NCBI RefSeq assembly: GCF_006345805.1
Contig: NC_042997.1
Coordinates: 156,364,001-156,428,000 of the forward strand
Direction: 5' to 3'
Length of the DNA stretch: 64,000 nt
Source of the DNA: Octopus sinensis
Lineage: Eukaryota
Positions 37,529 to 50,180 of this stretch are shown one piece after another (positions within the stretch are counted from its first letter, which is position 1; every line of letters begins with the position of its first letter). The translations under genes and the position numbers were made by a program. The notes beneath the pieces are model-generated. The model made no database searches. It worked only from the letters and a program-made list of their open reading frames with translations, and was not told the DNA's origin.

Positions 37529-38072
37529 TTAAGGTTGTTAGATGCTGGTCAAAACATTTCAGCTATTACAACCTTATGTATGACAAGTCCTTCTTTTTCT
37601 TAAGGTGGTAGAGTGTGATTTGTGGGATATTTGTCTGCTATTTCTAGCAGGTTGTGCAATCTCATTGGCTTGACCATGCTTCTTTTGTAGCAGAGGCAGG
37701 AAGAACAAGAAAGATTTGATGACAAATTGAAGCATTCACAGAAAGTCAATATGTTTGGTTGTTCTAATGATTGAACAGTAAAACATTTCCAGTTCTTAGT
37801 CTTTAACTGAGAGAAGAGAACAACCAAAGTGTTTGTTATTCGCTGTCTATTCTCACTTGAAATGCAAGTACTGGAAATATTAAATTTTCCACTCTTCATA
37901 GTAAACAAGTGACATTCTATAAACGCTCATTTGGATTAATTGTAGCTGGTTTTAGAGTTTCTCCTTAATGGTAAATAAGTTAGGTCTCGCAATATTGGAT
38001 CCCTCAGTATTATGACAAAGGACTAAAACATGAGAAGAAATGAGACAAAGAAGAGAACAAGAGGAGGGGAGA

Positions 38073-38181
38073 GAAGAAGAAGAAGAAGAAGAAGAAGAAG
38101 AAGAAGAAGAAGAAGAAGAAGAAGAAGAAGAAGAAGAAGAAGAAGAAGAAGAAGAAGAAGAAGATGATGATGATGATGATG
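38073..38181. repeat. (AAG)n(ATG)n microsatellite
   Basis: Direct reading; source of the poly-Glu and poly-Ser ORFs. Confidence 0.95.
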
Positions 38182-39605
38182 ATACATTTGTATTACACAA
38201 CTGCACTGTTTATCAGTCCAATAGTAATTCCAGAATATCTACAAGCACATTACATTAGATTTAGAAAAATATATTAGGAGTCAATAAAAAAAAAGGGTTG
38301 TTCATCTTCTTTATTTTATGACAGCCCAGCATGAGTTCAGAGATTCTTTGAAATCCACTACCAGTATATTCTATGGTGTTAGGCATTCCAGTGGATATTG
38401 CTGCTGTTTATGCAACCAAGCCTTACAGCTGCATCTGCTCTTGCAGCCCAATAACTACAGAGATGTAAGCTTTTATGTATGAGTTGATCAGCTAGATGAC
38501 AAAGTGTAACCTTTACAATGAACTTGCTCATAAAAGAGACACAAATAATTGGATTGTAATTAGATGGAACTTCAAAACCCAGGTATTTTTTTTATTGTAA
38601 GTGTGATGCTGTTTCAAGATATCTGTGGGGAGATTATTTTTTCAAGATTAGGAAGAAGGTTGGAAGAAGGTTATGATCGGTGGATGATTATATAAGAAAA
38701 GAATTTCTCTAAATTCTTTCCATCAGAGAAATCTAAGTTGTTTAGACTTGATAAAATATCTGACAGGCATGATTGCTCTTTTATGTGTTTATAGTCATAA
38801 ACCAAGAACAAGAACACTATTTTTGAAGAACGCAGATTTCTTTGTGTGATATTTCAAGAATATTGGGATGTAATAAGTGTCAAGCGAGTGCAATTATTGT
38901 CATATTAATTAATGAGATTATTTTACCTGTAAGAACAACAAATGATAATAGCATCAAAACAAAGGAACAAGAAATTTTCCACAGTAACTCAATGTGCTAG
39001 AAATAAGAGCCAAATCTCCCTTAATTTACAACCTACCATCTCAAATAAAGTGAGGTAAAATGGACAGTGTAGTCATCATTGTAATCCCTTGAATACAAAA
39101 TCATGTGAGGATCATGTTTGAAATACCTTTAATCAAAGCTCCCATGGATCAGCGATAACCAGGTGTTCATCAACAACATTGATAACGATGCCAGCACTAG
39201 GGTTGAGTACCAGAGAGGAATAATTGTTTTAACTTATCAGGAAAATGTTAGTAATGCTATTTTTATGGCTTCTGTTTCAGTTATCATAGATAATGAAAAT
39301 TAGAGCCATAGGGAAATACAAAGTTAAAATAAAGAAGGCTTAATATATTCTTGTTCAAAGGAAAAAAAAAAACAAACAACAAACAACAGCTAAGAGGTAT
39401 TACATACTGATTAAAGGTTAGAGACTGAAAGTCAGGGTCGTTTATCTTCTATCTTTTACATGTTTCAGTCATTGAGCCATGGTTATGTTGAAGCACTACC
39501 TTAAAATGTTTAGTCAAACAAATCAAACTTAGCATTTATTTCTGTTTTTTTTTTTAAGTTTGGTATGTATTCTATCAATTTTATTTATTTATTTATTTAT
39601 TTTTT

Positions 39606-39983
39606 TACTTGTTTCAGTCATTTGACTGTGGCCATGCTGGAGCACCACCTTTTAGCCGAGCAAATCGACCCCAGGACTTATTTTTTGTAAGCCTAGTACT
39701 TATTCTCTCGGTCTCTTTTGCCGAACTGCTAAGTTACGGGCATGTTAACACACCAGCATCAGTTGTCAAGCGATGTTGGGGGGACAAACACACATACACA
39801 TACATATATATATATATACATATATATGACGGGCTTCTTTCAGTTTCCGTCTACCAAATCCACTCACAAGGCTTTGGTCGGCCCAAGGCTATAGCAGAAG
39901 ACACTTGCCCAAGGTGCCACACAGTGGGACTGAACCCGGAACCATGTGGCTGGTAAGCAAGCTACTTACCACACAGCCACTCT
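39606..39983 (-). mobile_element. Family A SINE (well preserved)
   Basis: Near-consensus sequence with CpGs retained. Confidence 0.85.
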
Positions 39984-40090
39984 GAACTGTTAAGTTACAA
40001 AGACGTAAACAAACCAACATCAGCTGTTGAGCAATAGGGAAACAAATGCAAGACACACATACACATGCAAACATACATACATATATATAT

Positions 40091-40762
40091 TTTGAAACAC
40101 CACTACATCACATATGAAAAAGGACATATCCTTAAGAGTTCCAGACCCTACTTCGCTGATTTCTGCATTAATATTCCCCTTCAGTTGCATCAGAGTTTCC
40201 AATTTGTTTATGTAAACCCTCTGTTTCAAGTATCCCTACAAGAAAAATCCAGGCTAGTCAAGTCTGGGGAATGTGAAGGCCATTCAGAGTAGACCTCACA
40301 CATGGTTCCAGCAGGATGGGGCAACTGCTCATACCGCAAGAGAAACAATGCAGTTGTTACGGCAGTGCTTTGGAGAGAGAATAATCTCCTGATACAGCAA
40401 TATCAACTGGCCTTCACATTCCCCAGACTTGACTAGCCAGAGAGGGTTTACATTAACAAACCGGAGACCATGGTGCGACTGAAGGAGAACATCAATTGAG
40501 AAATCAGAGAAGTAGGGTCTGAAACTATTGAGGGTGTTATGGTGCAAGTTTTGGAAAGAGTATGGGTGTACAAAGCTGAAAATGGCTGCCATTTAAGTGG
40601 TGTCCTTTTTCATATGTGATGTAGTGATGTTGCAAAATTTGACTCGTGCATTATTAATTCCCATTACGTCCTTTATATTGTATCAAAATTTCATGCATTT
40701 ATTTGTAATTTATAAAGAAATTAATAAAAATTGAAACCCATCAGTGATTTTGGGACACCCTG
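40091..40762 (+). mobile_element. DD41D (rosa-type) mariner transposase pseudogene 3' part with an inverted fragment at its 5' side
   Basis: WFQQDGATAHTARETMQLLRQCFGERIIS*YSNINWPSHSPDLTS; 41 residues between the catalytic D's when the LD from the inverted copy is used; ends GGGACACCCTG-TA; 40091-40282 is an inverted homologue. Confidence 0.8.
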
Positions 40763-42504
40763 TACTGCATGCACTTACATTCTGTAGTAATTCCTCATCA
40801 CCACCTTCCTTGCTGCTTTCTTTGTTCAAACCTTTTGCAGTTTAATAGTAACTTAATAGCAACTCCTGACTCAGCATCTTACTTCCTAGAACATCACTTT
40901 ACAGGCTTGTACTCTGTTTATCATTTTTTTTTCTTTTGCACTGCTATAACATATAGTTTTGTGAAATGAATACACATAAAATTATTCCTATTTTGTGTTC
41001 CAATGTTCATTTTAAGCTTGAATAACTTTGTTAAGCAGTAACTACTATTAGTTCTTCTCTGCCAATGAAACTCAGTTCTGCCTGATGAATTTAGCTTTAT
41101 ATCTTCTGCTTTCCCTGCCCACATTCTAAAACACCCTTTCTCTAATGAATTGTGCTGGAACACAATACAAGTCATAAAATTACTTCTTTCTAATTACCAA
41201 GCTAAAACTATTAAATAGCTGTAAAAAAAAAATGGAAGCAAAGTTTAATAAAATTTTAATTGTATTTGAAAAATGAAAAAAAAAAAGATAAATAAATATA
41301 GTAATTATAAAAAAAATAATAAAGCAGGCTAAAATTTCTGACTGAATGAGATGATTTCTATTTCTTGCCAGATCAAAGCAAATTTATGTTGTTAATTCAT
41401 AGAAGCCCATTGTTTTATTATTAGATTGTTTGCAGAGTGCTTTCATAGTGTAAAAAATTGTTAGGTTTTTTTTCTCAACATAGTCTTAATTTTTTTTTTA
41501 TTTATTATGATAGAAAGGAAGAGATATTTATGTCAGAAACAAGATAGTAAGGTGACAAAAATTAATAAGAAGGGGTGTTCATTTATTTTCAAAGGACTAA
41601 TAGAAAGAAAATGGCTATTTATATGAAGAGTGTAACAGCAAGAAACAGTCAGTTGTCCCTTATTGAAAAAGTAAAATAGCAAGGAAAAAGAATTTTGAAA
41701 AGTAAGACATAAATAGAAATAATTAATATTTATCTGAAAAGAGAAATAACAAGAAGGAATGGTTGTTTATCCAGCATGAGACAGCACGCAGAAAATATAT
41801 TTACATGAAAAGACAGCCAGCAAGATAGTTTCTTTTTTACATTACAGGAGAGTTTGAAAAAAATTTCTAGTGTTTTCTTTGAGATGAATGACAACAGACA
41901 CAACAGAGAGGATGATGATAAAAACAAAGTAAAGAAAACTCCATTTTTGCTTAACCCTTTCCTGACTGTTTTTCTAATGAGTAGACTACCAGTGTTTCAA
42001 TAAAATTCTCAAAAGAATCAAGATTTGGAGAGTTCAGTTAAATATCTGTAACTTTATATATTGGCATATATTATTGGCCTTGACCAACTGGAATATCTCA
42101 TCACATTTATGCTATAATAAAATCAACCTACATTTTAATTTTATTACAAATGCTTTATAGCACATGTCACCTAAGGTGGATTTGTTAAGAAGAAAATTAT
42201 TTATCTAAACAAGCTTTGCTTTCTAACACAGAAAACCTAATTTGGTGAAATTGTCTTTTTATGTTTAAGAATTTAATGGCATGGCACTACTTCTTTAGAA
42301 CTACCAATAACAACATACAAAGGAATGTGAAGGAATATTTTGTATAGTTCATTGTGGAGCAATGAACAAAAATTTCAATAAAATCTGAAGATTAATTTGA
42401 AGGAGTCAATAAAACCAAGCAAAACCAAAAGTTACTGTTGCTGTTATTTAGACTCAAATCAGCTTTAATTGAATAGCTCTATGATCAAAGACATCTTTTG
42501 TTTT

Positions 42505-42664
42505 TTACTTCTTTCAGTCAATGGATTGCAGCCATGCTGAAGTGCCACTTTGAAGGGCTTTAATTCAACAAATCGACCTTAGTACTTATTTTTTAAGACT
42601 GGTACATATTCTATTGGTTTCTATTGCTGAATTGCTAAGCTACAGGGATGCAAACAAACCAATA

Positions 42665-42701
<37 letters not shown>

Positions 42702-42853
42702 ATACATGCATGACAGGTTTTCACAGTTTCTGTCTACCAAATTTATTCAATGCTATAATGGAAGATACTTGTCCAAGCTGCCACACTGTGGGACTGAACC
42801 TAAAAACATTTAGTTGCAAAGCAAGCTTCATAACCATACATCCATGCCTGTGC
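42505..42853 (-). mobile_element. Family A SINE, degenerate
   Basis: Colinear with family A. Confidence 0.7.
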
Positions 42854-43104
42854 TTATCCATTTTTTCCACTTACATAATGCAGTGTGCCTCCATTACTAC
42901 ACTATCCTGTATACCTTTCTGCTTTTAAGACTGTAGGGTGTAGTTTGACAGATGTTTGGCTACTTTTTCTATCAAGTCCAGTGATCACATGGAGGCGCCA
43001 TTATTAAAACTAATAGTGGAAAGATAATGTAAAATACCAGAGAAGAAATTAAACTAAAAAACCATGAAAAAAGTGAAGAAATCTTTCTTTTAACAATTAG
43101 TATT

Positions 43105-43450
43105 ACTGCGCCGCCTTACTGGCACCTGTGCTGGCGACACGTGAAAAACATTCAAGTGAGGTCATTGCCAGTGCCGCTGGACTGGCTCCTGTGCAGGTGG
43201 CACATAAAAGGCACCATTTGAGCGTGGCCGTTGCCAGTACCACCTGACTGGCCCACATGCTGGTGGCATGTAAAAGCACCCACTACACTCTCCAGAGTGG
43301 TTGGCGTTAGGAAGGGCATCCAGCTGTAGAAACTCTGCCAGAATTGATTGGAGTCTGATGCAGCCATCTGGTTCACCAGACCTCAGTTAAATCGTCCAAC
43401 CCATGCTAGCATGGAAAGAGGACACTAAATGATGATGATGATGATGATGA
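43105..43450 (+). mobile_element. Family C retroposon
   Basis: GGCACATAAAAGGCACC modules, GGAAGGGCATCCAGCTGTAGAAAC, (ATG)n tail. Confidence 0.8.
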
Positions 43451-44071
43451 TGGGGTTTTGCCCATTTTTCATTGTACATCGATTTCTTTATGCTGTCATT
43501 ATTTAACCAGGTCTCTGCCTCAATAAAAACCCAACTGAACCAGGTCTATAAATCTGTAGCAGGTCTCTGTTTGACTGGAAACATGACAAAACACCAAGTG
43601 ACATACAGAGCAAACAAGTATAGAAGTGAATGTGAAACCCAGTTGATATGTGTGTGTAAATGAACAAAATTTCTCAGATTGAGTAGTGATGTCACTAAAA
43701 ATCTGACCAATCAAACTGTAAGAAATACACTAGATTTTCAAGTGTTGACTTTGCCACATATCTGTCTCGTCAAATTTGTACTGGAGCAGATTTGGAGACA
43801 AGGAGGGAAGGAGTTTGATTAGCAGGTTACATTTCAGGAACTTAGTGATCTTGACAGTCTCCCCTGAGATGACTATCAAAATGCTGAATTCTAAACAGAA
43901 CAGTCAACTTTAACACATTCACAACTTTTACATACATATTTTAAAATTTCTTTCTGGACAAATATTCTTCCATTATGAACAACACTTTCAAATCTCCTTT
44001 GTTTCACTAGGGATGGTCATATTTTGCCAATTAAACACATGCACTATATATCTGGTCTTCACTTCAGCTTT

Positions 44072-44300
44072 CATCATCATCATCATTTAACGTCTGTTAT
44101 CCATGTTGGCATGGGTTGGACAGTTTGACCAGAGCTGATAAGCTGAGGGCTGCACCCGGCCCCAGCCTGATTTGGCATGGTTTCTATGGCTGGACATCCT
44201 TCCAAACACCAACCACTCCAAGAGTGAAATGTGTGCTTTTACATGCTGCCAGCATGGGTGCCAGGTGCATGACACCAGTATCTGCCATAACTATGATTAC
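44072..44300 (-). mobile_element. Family C copy inserted into a family E repeat
   Basis: Family E halves at 44008-44070 and 44310-44365. Confidence 0.65.
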
Positions 44301-44623
44301 ACTTGGCTTTTATAATTATTTTAGCTTCTATGTCAAAGCTCTTTTGTCACACATTGGTTTCTTTTCCTTGAAACAGTAGTGTTCCTTTGAAATTATTAAC
44401 CGTAAAACAGATGAAGAAGCTAAAACTGAAGACCACGTTTTTCATTCATCTGACATCACATTACATTACTGTTAAAACTCTTTTAGAGATACTTGATCTA
44501 TCTAAAGTAGTGAAGTATTTTTATATGTGCAAAACAAATAATCTTGCTGTGAAATGAAAATTCTCAGAAGATATACAGCAAGTTGCACATAGAACAAACA
44601 AACATAGAAAGGAACCTCTACAT

Positions 44624-44934
44624 CAGTGGTTTCCAAAGTGGGTATTACTGGCTCCTTGCTGCTTTCCTAGGGGTAGTGGAAAGATCCAAAGGTGGGAGGG
44701 GTTGGGGCATTGAAGAAAAGTTGGGTGATAATGGGGTGGCCAAAAGGGGGTGATAGATGTAAAACAACAAAATACTGGGTTAATTAGTTTAGATTTTTAT
44801 TTGTGAAATGCAGTTGTTTTGAATTTGCTGCAGGAAGTGGTCTATATCTGTGGTGGTGAGTTGGAGTGAGGGGCACTAGGAATATGACCCGGGTGTTAAA
44901 GGAGCAGCAGTCCAAAAAAGTTTTGGATCCACTA
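44624..44934. mobile_element. hAT-type MITE
   Basis: CAGTGGTTTCCAAA / TTTGGATCCACTA termini; perfect 8-bp TSD CTCTACAT at 44616-44623 and 44935-44942. Confidence 0.8.
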
Positions 44935-44959
44935 CTCTACATGATCATTAGAGCAATTT

Positions 44960-45130
44960 GAAACAGCTTCTTGAAATGTAGAAGCAGAGATGAGGTGGAA
45001 GAAAAACTGGGTGTAAGAGGAATCAGTTGTAGTGTGCAAGAGAGATAGCTAGCTCATACAGATCTGTAATATATATGGAGGATGACAGATGGGTGAAGAA
45101 GTGCCAAGTGATTCATGAGGAAAGAAGAAG
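44960..45130 (+). mobile_element. RTE-like LINE remnant
   Basis: LGVRGISCSVQER*L...MEDDRWVKKC in shifted frames. Confidence 0.55.
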
Positions 45131-45254
45131 TCACTCCAAATTCTGGTCCACAGATAAAAAGTCTCCTTACATTACCTTTCTACTATAGTGAATAAGGTGT
45201 TTAGCAAGTCTCCTGCCATCTCAAACTCTCCTAATTCATTCATTTCCTCTCCTC

Positions 45255-45705
45255 TTATTACTGCCTCTCCCTTAGCAAAGGTGGAGGTATTGCTTTCAAT
45301 CGTGTTCCTTTGTTTGTTTGTCTGTGGACAAGATATCTCAAGAACCACTGGATGGATTCGAATGAAACTTTCAGGGATGCTTGGCTTTGTAATTAGCATG
45401 AACTAATTAGATTTTGTGATTGATCTAGTACTGGACAAGGATTCTGGATTATTTTTCTTTTTTTTTTCTTAATTTTTAAGAATTAAGAAAAAAAAAAGAA
45501 AAATAATCCAGAATCCTTGTCCAGTACTAGATCAATCCCAAAATCTAATTAGTTCATGCTAATTAGTTCGTTTTTAGTATTCTCGTTTGTGAGAGCAGTT
45601 GAGTTTATTTCAAATATTCTCATTTTAAAAATCATCTCTGGCTAATCATTGAGAGGACATTGGTGTTGTCTTGGCAGAGGTTTGGGCTCCCTGAGTGCTC
45701 TTGTT
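45255..45705 (+). mobile_element. Helentron-associated (HINE/DINE-like) element containing an 84-bp-arm palindrome
   Basis: TTATTAC..CCTCTCC..GGTGGAGG 5' hairpin, GTTTGTTTGTCTGT tract, AAGATATCTCAAGAACCACTGGATGGATT..GATGAAACTTTCAGG, 3' GGCAGAGGTTTG.GCTC.CTGAGTGCTCTTGTT; layout matches recalled HINE structure. Confidence 0.65.
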
Positions 45706-45784
45706 CATATTGTATCTGTTTCACAGGCTTCATATAAACCACTACAGCCAGTTCTTCCATCTCAAAATGTCAGCCCTCTGGAAT

Positions 45785-45985
45785 TACTCGTTTCAGTCAT
45801 TAGACTGCAGCCATGCTGGGGCACCACTTTGAAGAATTTTTAGTCAAACGAATCAACCTTTGTACTTACTGTTTCTAATTCTGATACTTATTCTATCAGC
45901 CACTTTTGCCAAACTGCTAAGTTATGAAGATGCACACACACCAACACTGGTTGTTAAGCAGTAGAGGAGAACAATCACAGACAGA

Positions 45986-46041
<56 letters not shown>

Positions 46042-46188
46042 ACTTCTTTCAGTTTCCATCTACCAAATCCACTCACTAGGCTTGAAACTATAGCTGAAGA
46101 CACTTACCCAAAATGCCATGCAATGGGACTGAACCCAGAACTGTGCGATTGGGAAGCAAACCTTTTACCTTACAGCCATGCCAATGCC
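45785..46188 (-). mobile_element. Family A SINE
   Basis: Colinear with family A. Confidence 0.75.
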
Positions 46189-46203
46189 TAAATAATAGAG
46201 CCA

Positions 46204-46268
46204 TTCCCATGCTGGAAATTGAACCCAGGTTGCCTGGGTGAAATGAATCTTAACCACTAGCTTATGTT
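46204..46268 (-). pseudogene. tRNA-Glu(UUC)-derived pseudogene fragment
   Basis: Minus strand CATAAGCTAGTGGTTAAGATTC-ATTTCACCCAGGCAACCTGGGTTCAATTTCCAGCATGGGAA resembles eukaryotic tRNA-Glu, with a deletion in the anticodon arm. Confidence 0.55.
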
Positions 46269-47408
46269 CTTTTCCTGCAGCCATCAACTTTCAACTAAGA
46301 ATACTAATCTTAATAATCTCACCAGTTTTACAGGACTTGCAAAGGCATGGATACAACCCTTTGCTCCAGATCAAATCAATAATGATTTTTTTTTTTGTTT
46401 TTTAATCTAAATAAACTCGAAATTTCTATTATGTTACTAATCCATCAATTTTGGGTTTAGACAGAGATTAAGTGTTGAACAATTAGATAATGAACTTCTC
46501 ATTAATTATCATATTAATCAATTCCGATTCCCTCGATAGTTAAATTATAACTATACTGAAACATGTAGAGTTAAAAGCTTTGCCCAAGGTTACAATATAG
46601 GATCACTTATTAATTACACTACTGAGACTCAATACATTTATTTCTAACTATTCCATTAATCAACTACCATTAACTATTTTGTATTTTCTCTTATAGACTA
46701 TTTTTGTATTTTCCTGTATTTTACATTTTTTCTTTTGTGACAGAATGTGTATTTGAAAGCTTCCTCTGATTTGGATATTGGAATTGGAATATTGTGGGAG
46801 TAAATGTGTTCACAGCTGAATAGTTTCACTGGTTCAAAACACTCAACAGTGATGAGCCAGTGAGGAAGCCTCCACAGGGTTATTTCACCTGTGAGATGCA
46901 GCAGTCAAATATCCCTCATATTACCAGAATAAGTCTGGGACTTTATCAGTTTCTTCTGCTGAACTGCTAAGTTACAGCGATGTAAACAAACCAACACTGG
47001 TTGTCAAGTTGTGTGTAGGGAGACAAACAGAAAGATACACACACATACACACATGCACACACACACACGTGCACACGTACACACACACACAAGCACACAT
47101 ACTATCTTATATAAGAAAGAACCTGTTGGATGATAAAGTTCTTGACACATTGTCTTGACAAGAGAAAAATGTATGGTTACAGTTGGAATACATTTATCAT
47201 AAATTTACATGATGACGGATGACCTGAAGCTAAACAGTAACATCTATACATAGCACCTACTTTCAGTGAACCAAACTAAAGCATGTATCAAAAGTGTCTT
47301 CACTAGAATCCTAAATTACTGTATCAAGGTTTCAAATCATGAACATGCTGGCAGCTAAAATACATATTCAGACATCCAAGTTGTTCTCAGAAATATGATT
47401 TTTAGAAT

Positions 47409-47577
47409 GCATGGCTGTGTGGTTAAGAAGCTTGTTTTGCAATCACATGATTTGGGGTTCAGTCCTACTACATGGCACCCTCAGGTAAATATCCTCTACT
47501 ATAGTCCCAGGATGACCAACGTCTTATGAGTGAATTTAGAGAGGGAAACACTGTGGAAGCCTGTCATATATAATGTG

Positions 47578-47649
<72 letters not shown>

Positions 47650-47858
47650 CATGTGTGTGTATCTTTGTGTTTGTCCCTCTACGCACAACTTGATGACTGG
47701 TGTTGCTTTGTTTACATCCATGTAACTTAACAAAAGACACTGATAAAGTACCAGACTTATTCCAGTACTGGGGTCAGTTTGTTTGACTAAATCCTTCAAG
47801 GTGATGCCCCAACAACATGGCTGCAGACAAATGACTGAACCAAGTAAAAGATAAAAGA
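47409..47858 (+). mobile_element. Family A SINE with (GT)n expansion
   Basis: Colinear with 6597-7008. Confidence 0.8.
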
Positions 47859-48696
47859 TATTTCCTAAGCATGTAGGTAGATGAATACAGAAGACAAGAG
47901 AAAGGAATTGAGAGGTCACAACTTTGGTACTACATACATGTGATTACAATGTCACAGGAAAGAATTGCAGGACAGATTTTTTCAAGCCAAGCCAGGTGCC
48001 AGGAGACCTAGGGGTACACCAAGAACAAAATGATCAGTTAATATCCATAGTCTCAGTTGCTCGTGTCTGGCAATCCAGCTTGAAAATCAAATGACAGCTG
48101 TTTCTGATGGAATCCTGTGGAGGAAGAGCCAGAGGACTCTACTCATACGACCTTCCCAGGAATAGTGGGCAAAGAAGATGAATGTTCTATATATATTCTT
48201 GAAGTCTGACCTGATGTAAACACCAAATGTTAGTATAATACAAGACTGTATTACACGAAGGCGAACTTCTTAACCATGCCTACGCCCTAATCTCATTTAG
48301 AAAATAAATTAAGTAGTTGGAGAAGAATCTAAAATAAAAGTCTAATTAGTAATTTTCTTCATTTGTCTATAAATTAACTTAGGTTATAAAGTCAGTCTTC
48401 ACAGCACTATTATTGTAATTATTTGTTTAGAAAATGCTTTAGTAAGCTTGAATGACCAAAACAAAACTAAACAAATGAATAAATAAGTACTTGCTGTTAA
48501 TTAGTCGCCTGACACAGAGGACTTGCATGATTTCTGGTTTTGGTTAGATTTTATTTGAGCATCATAAAATGAATGAAATAAATATTAACAATGAATTAAC
48601 TAATTAGCACTATTGTATTTTATTCTTCTTCCTGGAAACAAGAAACTAAAGTGGGTAGTAGTATAAGTGGTACTGTTGATGTTAGTATGGGGTATT

Positions 48697-48713
48697 GTAG
48701 TAGTAGTAGTAGT

Positions 48714-48766
<53 letters not shown>
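48697..48766. repeat. (TAG)n microsatellite
   Basis: Direct reading. Confidence 0.95.
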
Positions 48767-48767
<1 letters not shown>

Positions 48768-48829
48768 AAACAAAAATTTTGAGAAAAATACACCATCAAT
48801 AATAACAATGAGTTGAGCTAATGAGGGAA

Positions 48830-49060
48830 TGTTTCTGTGGTCAGTCGACCAGCAAGAAATAGCAGCTAAAATCTTCCTCAGATCACGCCCAACTGTCATT
48901 AAAACAGTATAAAAAAGCACACTGAATGACATAGTCCAAAATAGAATATGTAGTATGAAAAGAAAGAAGATGAGGTGGTCATGGCTGGAACGCCCTTGAT
49001 CATAAGTCTACTTGATGAGAGTTGACCCAGAGCTAAACAACTATAACAGCACAATAAGAG
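48830..49060 (+). repeat. Family D interspersed repeat (fullest copy in the window)
   Basis: GACC.GC.AGAAATAGCAGC.AAAT...GGTCATGGCTGGAA.GCC.TTGATCATA...GCTAAACAAC; fragments also near 400-620, 5590, 9130, 21500-21830, 24770-24900, 39000, 54945 and 63800. Confidence 0.65.
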
Positions 49061-49689
49061 TGAGTAACTTGCCTCAATGTTGTTATAAAGTCAATTAACT
49101 GAAGTTTATTAAGTCTCTCTCTTGAGAGCTATTATTTCTGAACAATACTCATTTGGCTGTCCCTCATTAATGTTTCCCTTTGTCAAGATACCTAAGTAAT
49201 GTCACCCTGTCCAGCTAAGATAATTTGCAGCCATTAACCTAGTCAAAATTATTCAACTTTATAGACATCAAATCGTTGTAGCGTGGAAACTTAGAAAAAT
49301 CACTTCAAAATATTTTTAAATGAGATTCTAATTTAATGAGAGTTTGTAAAATTACATTATTCTATTACAAAATTACTTTTAATTATATCATATCATTAAG
49401 CCATTACAATGACTAATTATTGCTTTCATATTAATTCTATGCCTCATTTTATCATACCACTGGTATTCTGTTTTTATATCAATTGTTACCTTTATATGAT
49501 ACTACTTTATGACTAACCCTACATGTAGTATACCATATTTCTATATTGTGTGTATATTGTATATATCAGACAATGAGAGAACTGCTACATGGTAATTCAA
49601 GCTGCTACAAATAACAACCAAATCTGTTGTTTCATATGCTTTCAACATCATCATCATCGTTGCTTAACATTTGTTTGATGATGATGATG

Positions 49690-50180
49690 ATGATGGTGAT
49701 GGGGTGGTGGTGGTGCTGTTGTTGTTGTTGTTGTTGTTAAGCAAAAAGACGGGTAAGGGTGATTTCACTGCGTCCATTCTGTGGGTTGGGAGACATCTGG
49801 CAGGTTGGGAGCGGAAGTCCACTTTTCCCAGATCTGAAGGACAAGGAGAGGGTCACTGGCCAGAGTGTCTGGGGATGGGGGGGTGGCATTTGTGGCGGGC
49901 GATGGATCCGTGGACAGTCGTAGATGACATGCTGCTGCTGTTGTTGTTGTTGTTAAGCAACAAGACGGGTAAGGGTGATTAAGTGATGGTCTAGGGCTTA
50001 GGGGCAGGAGACCCCAGACCTTAGAAAAAAGAAAAAAACCTTTGGTCGTCTTGTTGTAGTCGAGGGCTCTTCATTAACACCCAACACCACTGGGAGGTGG
50101 CCCTCGAAGTCACTGGAAATGGAGATCTCCAGGTCCAAATTCTTGAACGGCTGCTGCTGCTGTTGTTGTTGGTAGCATAT
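49690..50180 (-). mobile_element. GC-rich mosaic of possible I/Ingi/Vingi-group LINE C-terminal fragments separated by (AAC)n/(CAG)n
   Basis: Minus-strand snippets EITLTRL (twice), HVIYDCPRIHRPP, FKNLDLEI; about 45-bp direct repeat at 49716-49766 and 49938-49981. Confidence 0.35.

Noticed and set aside
38326-38464. Open plus-strand frame with AG/GTAAGC sites
   Set aside because: The minus strand loosely resembles a decayed CR1-type RT segment (AA..LGCIN), so the origin is ambiguous; neither call is supportable
45172-45399. Protein-like ORF ending GEFEMAGDLLNTLFTIVER
   Set aside because: About two-thirds of it lies in the HINE-like element, and no acceptor site exists for the remainder
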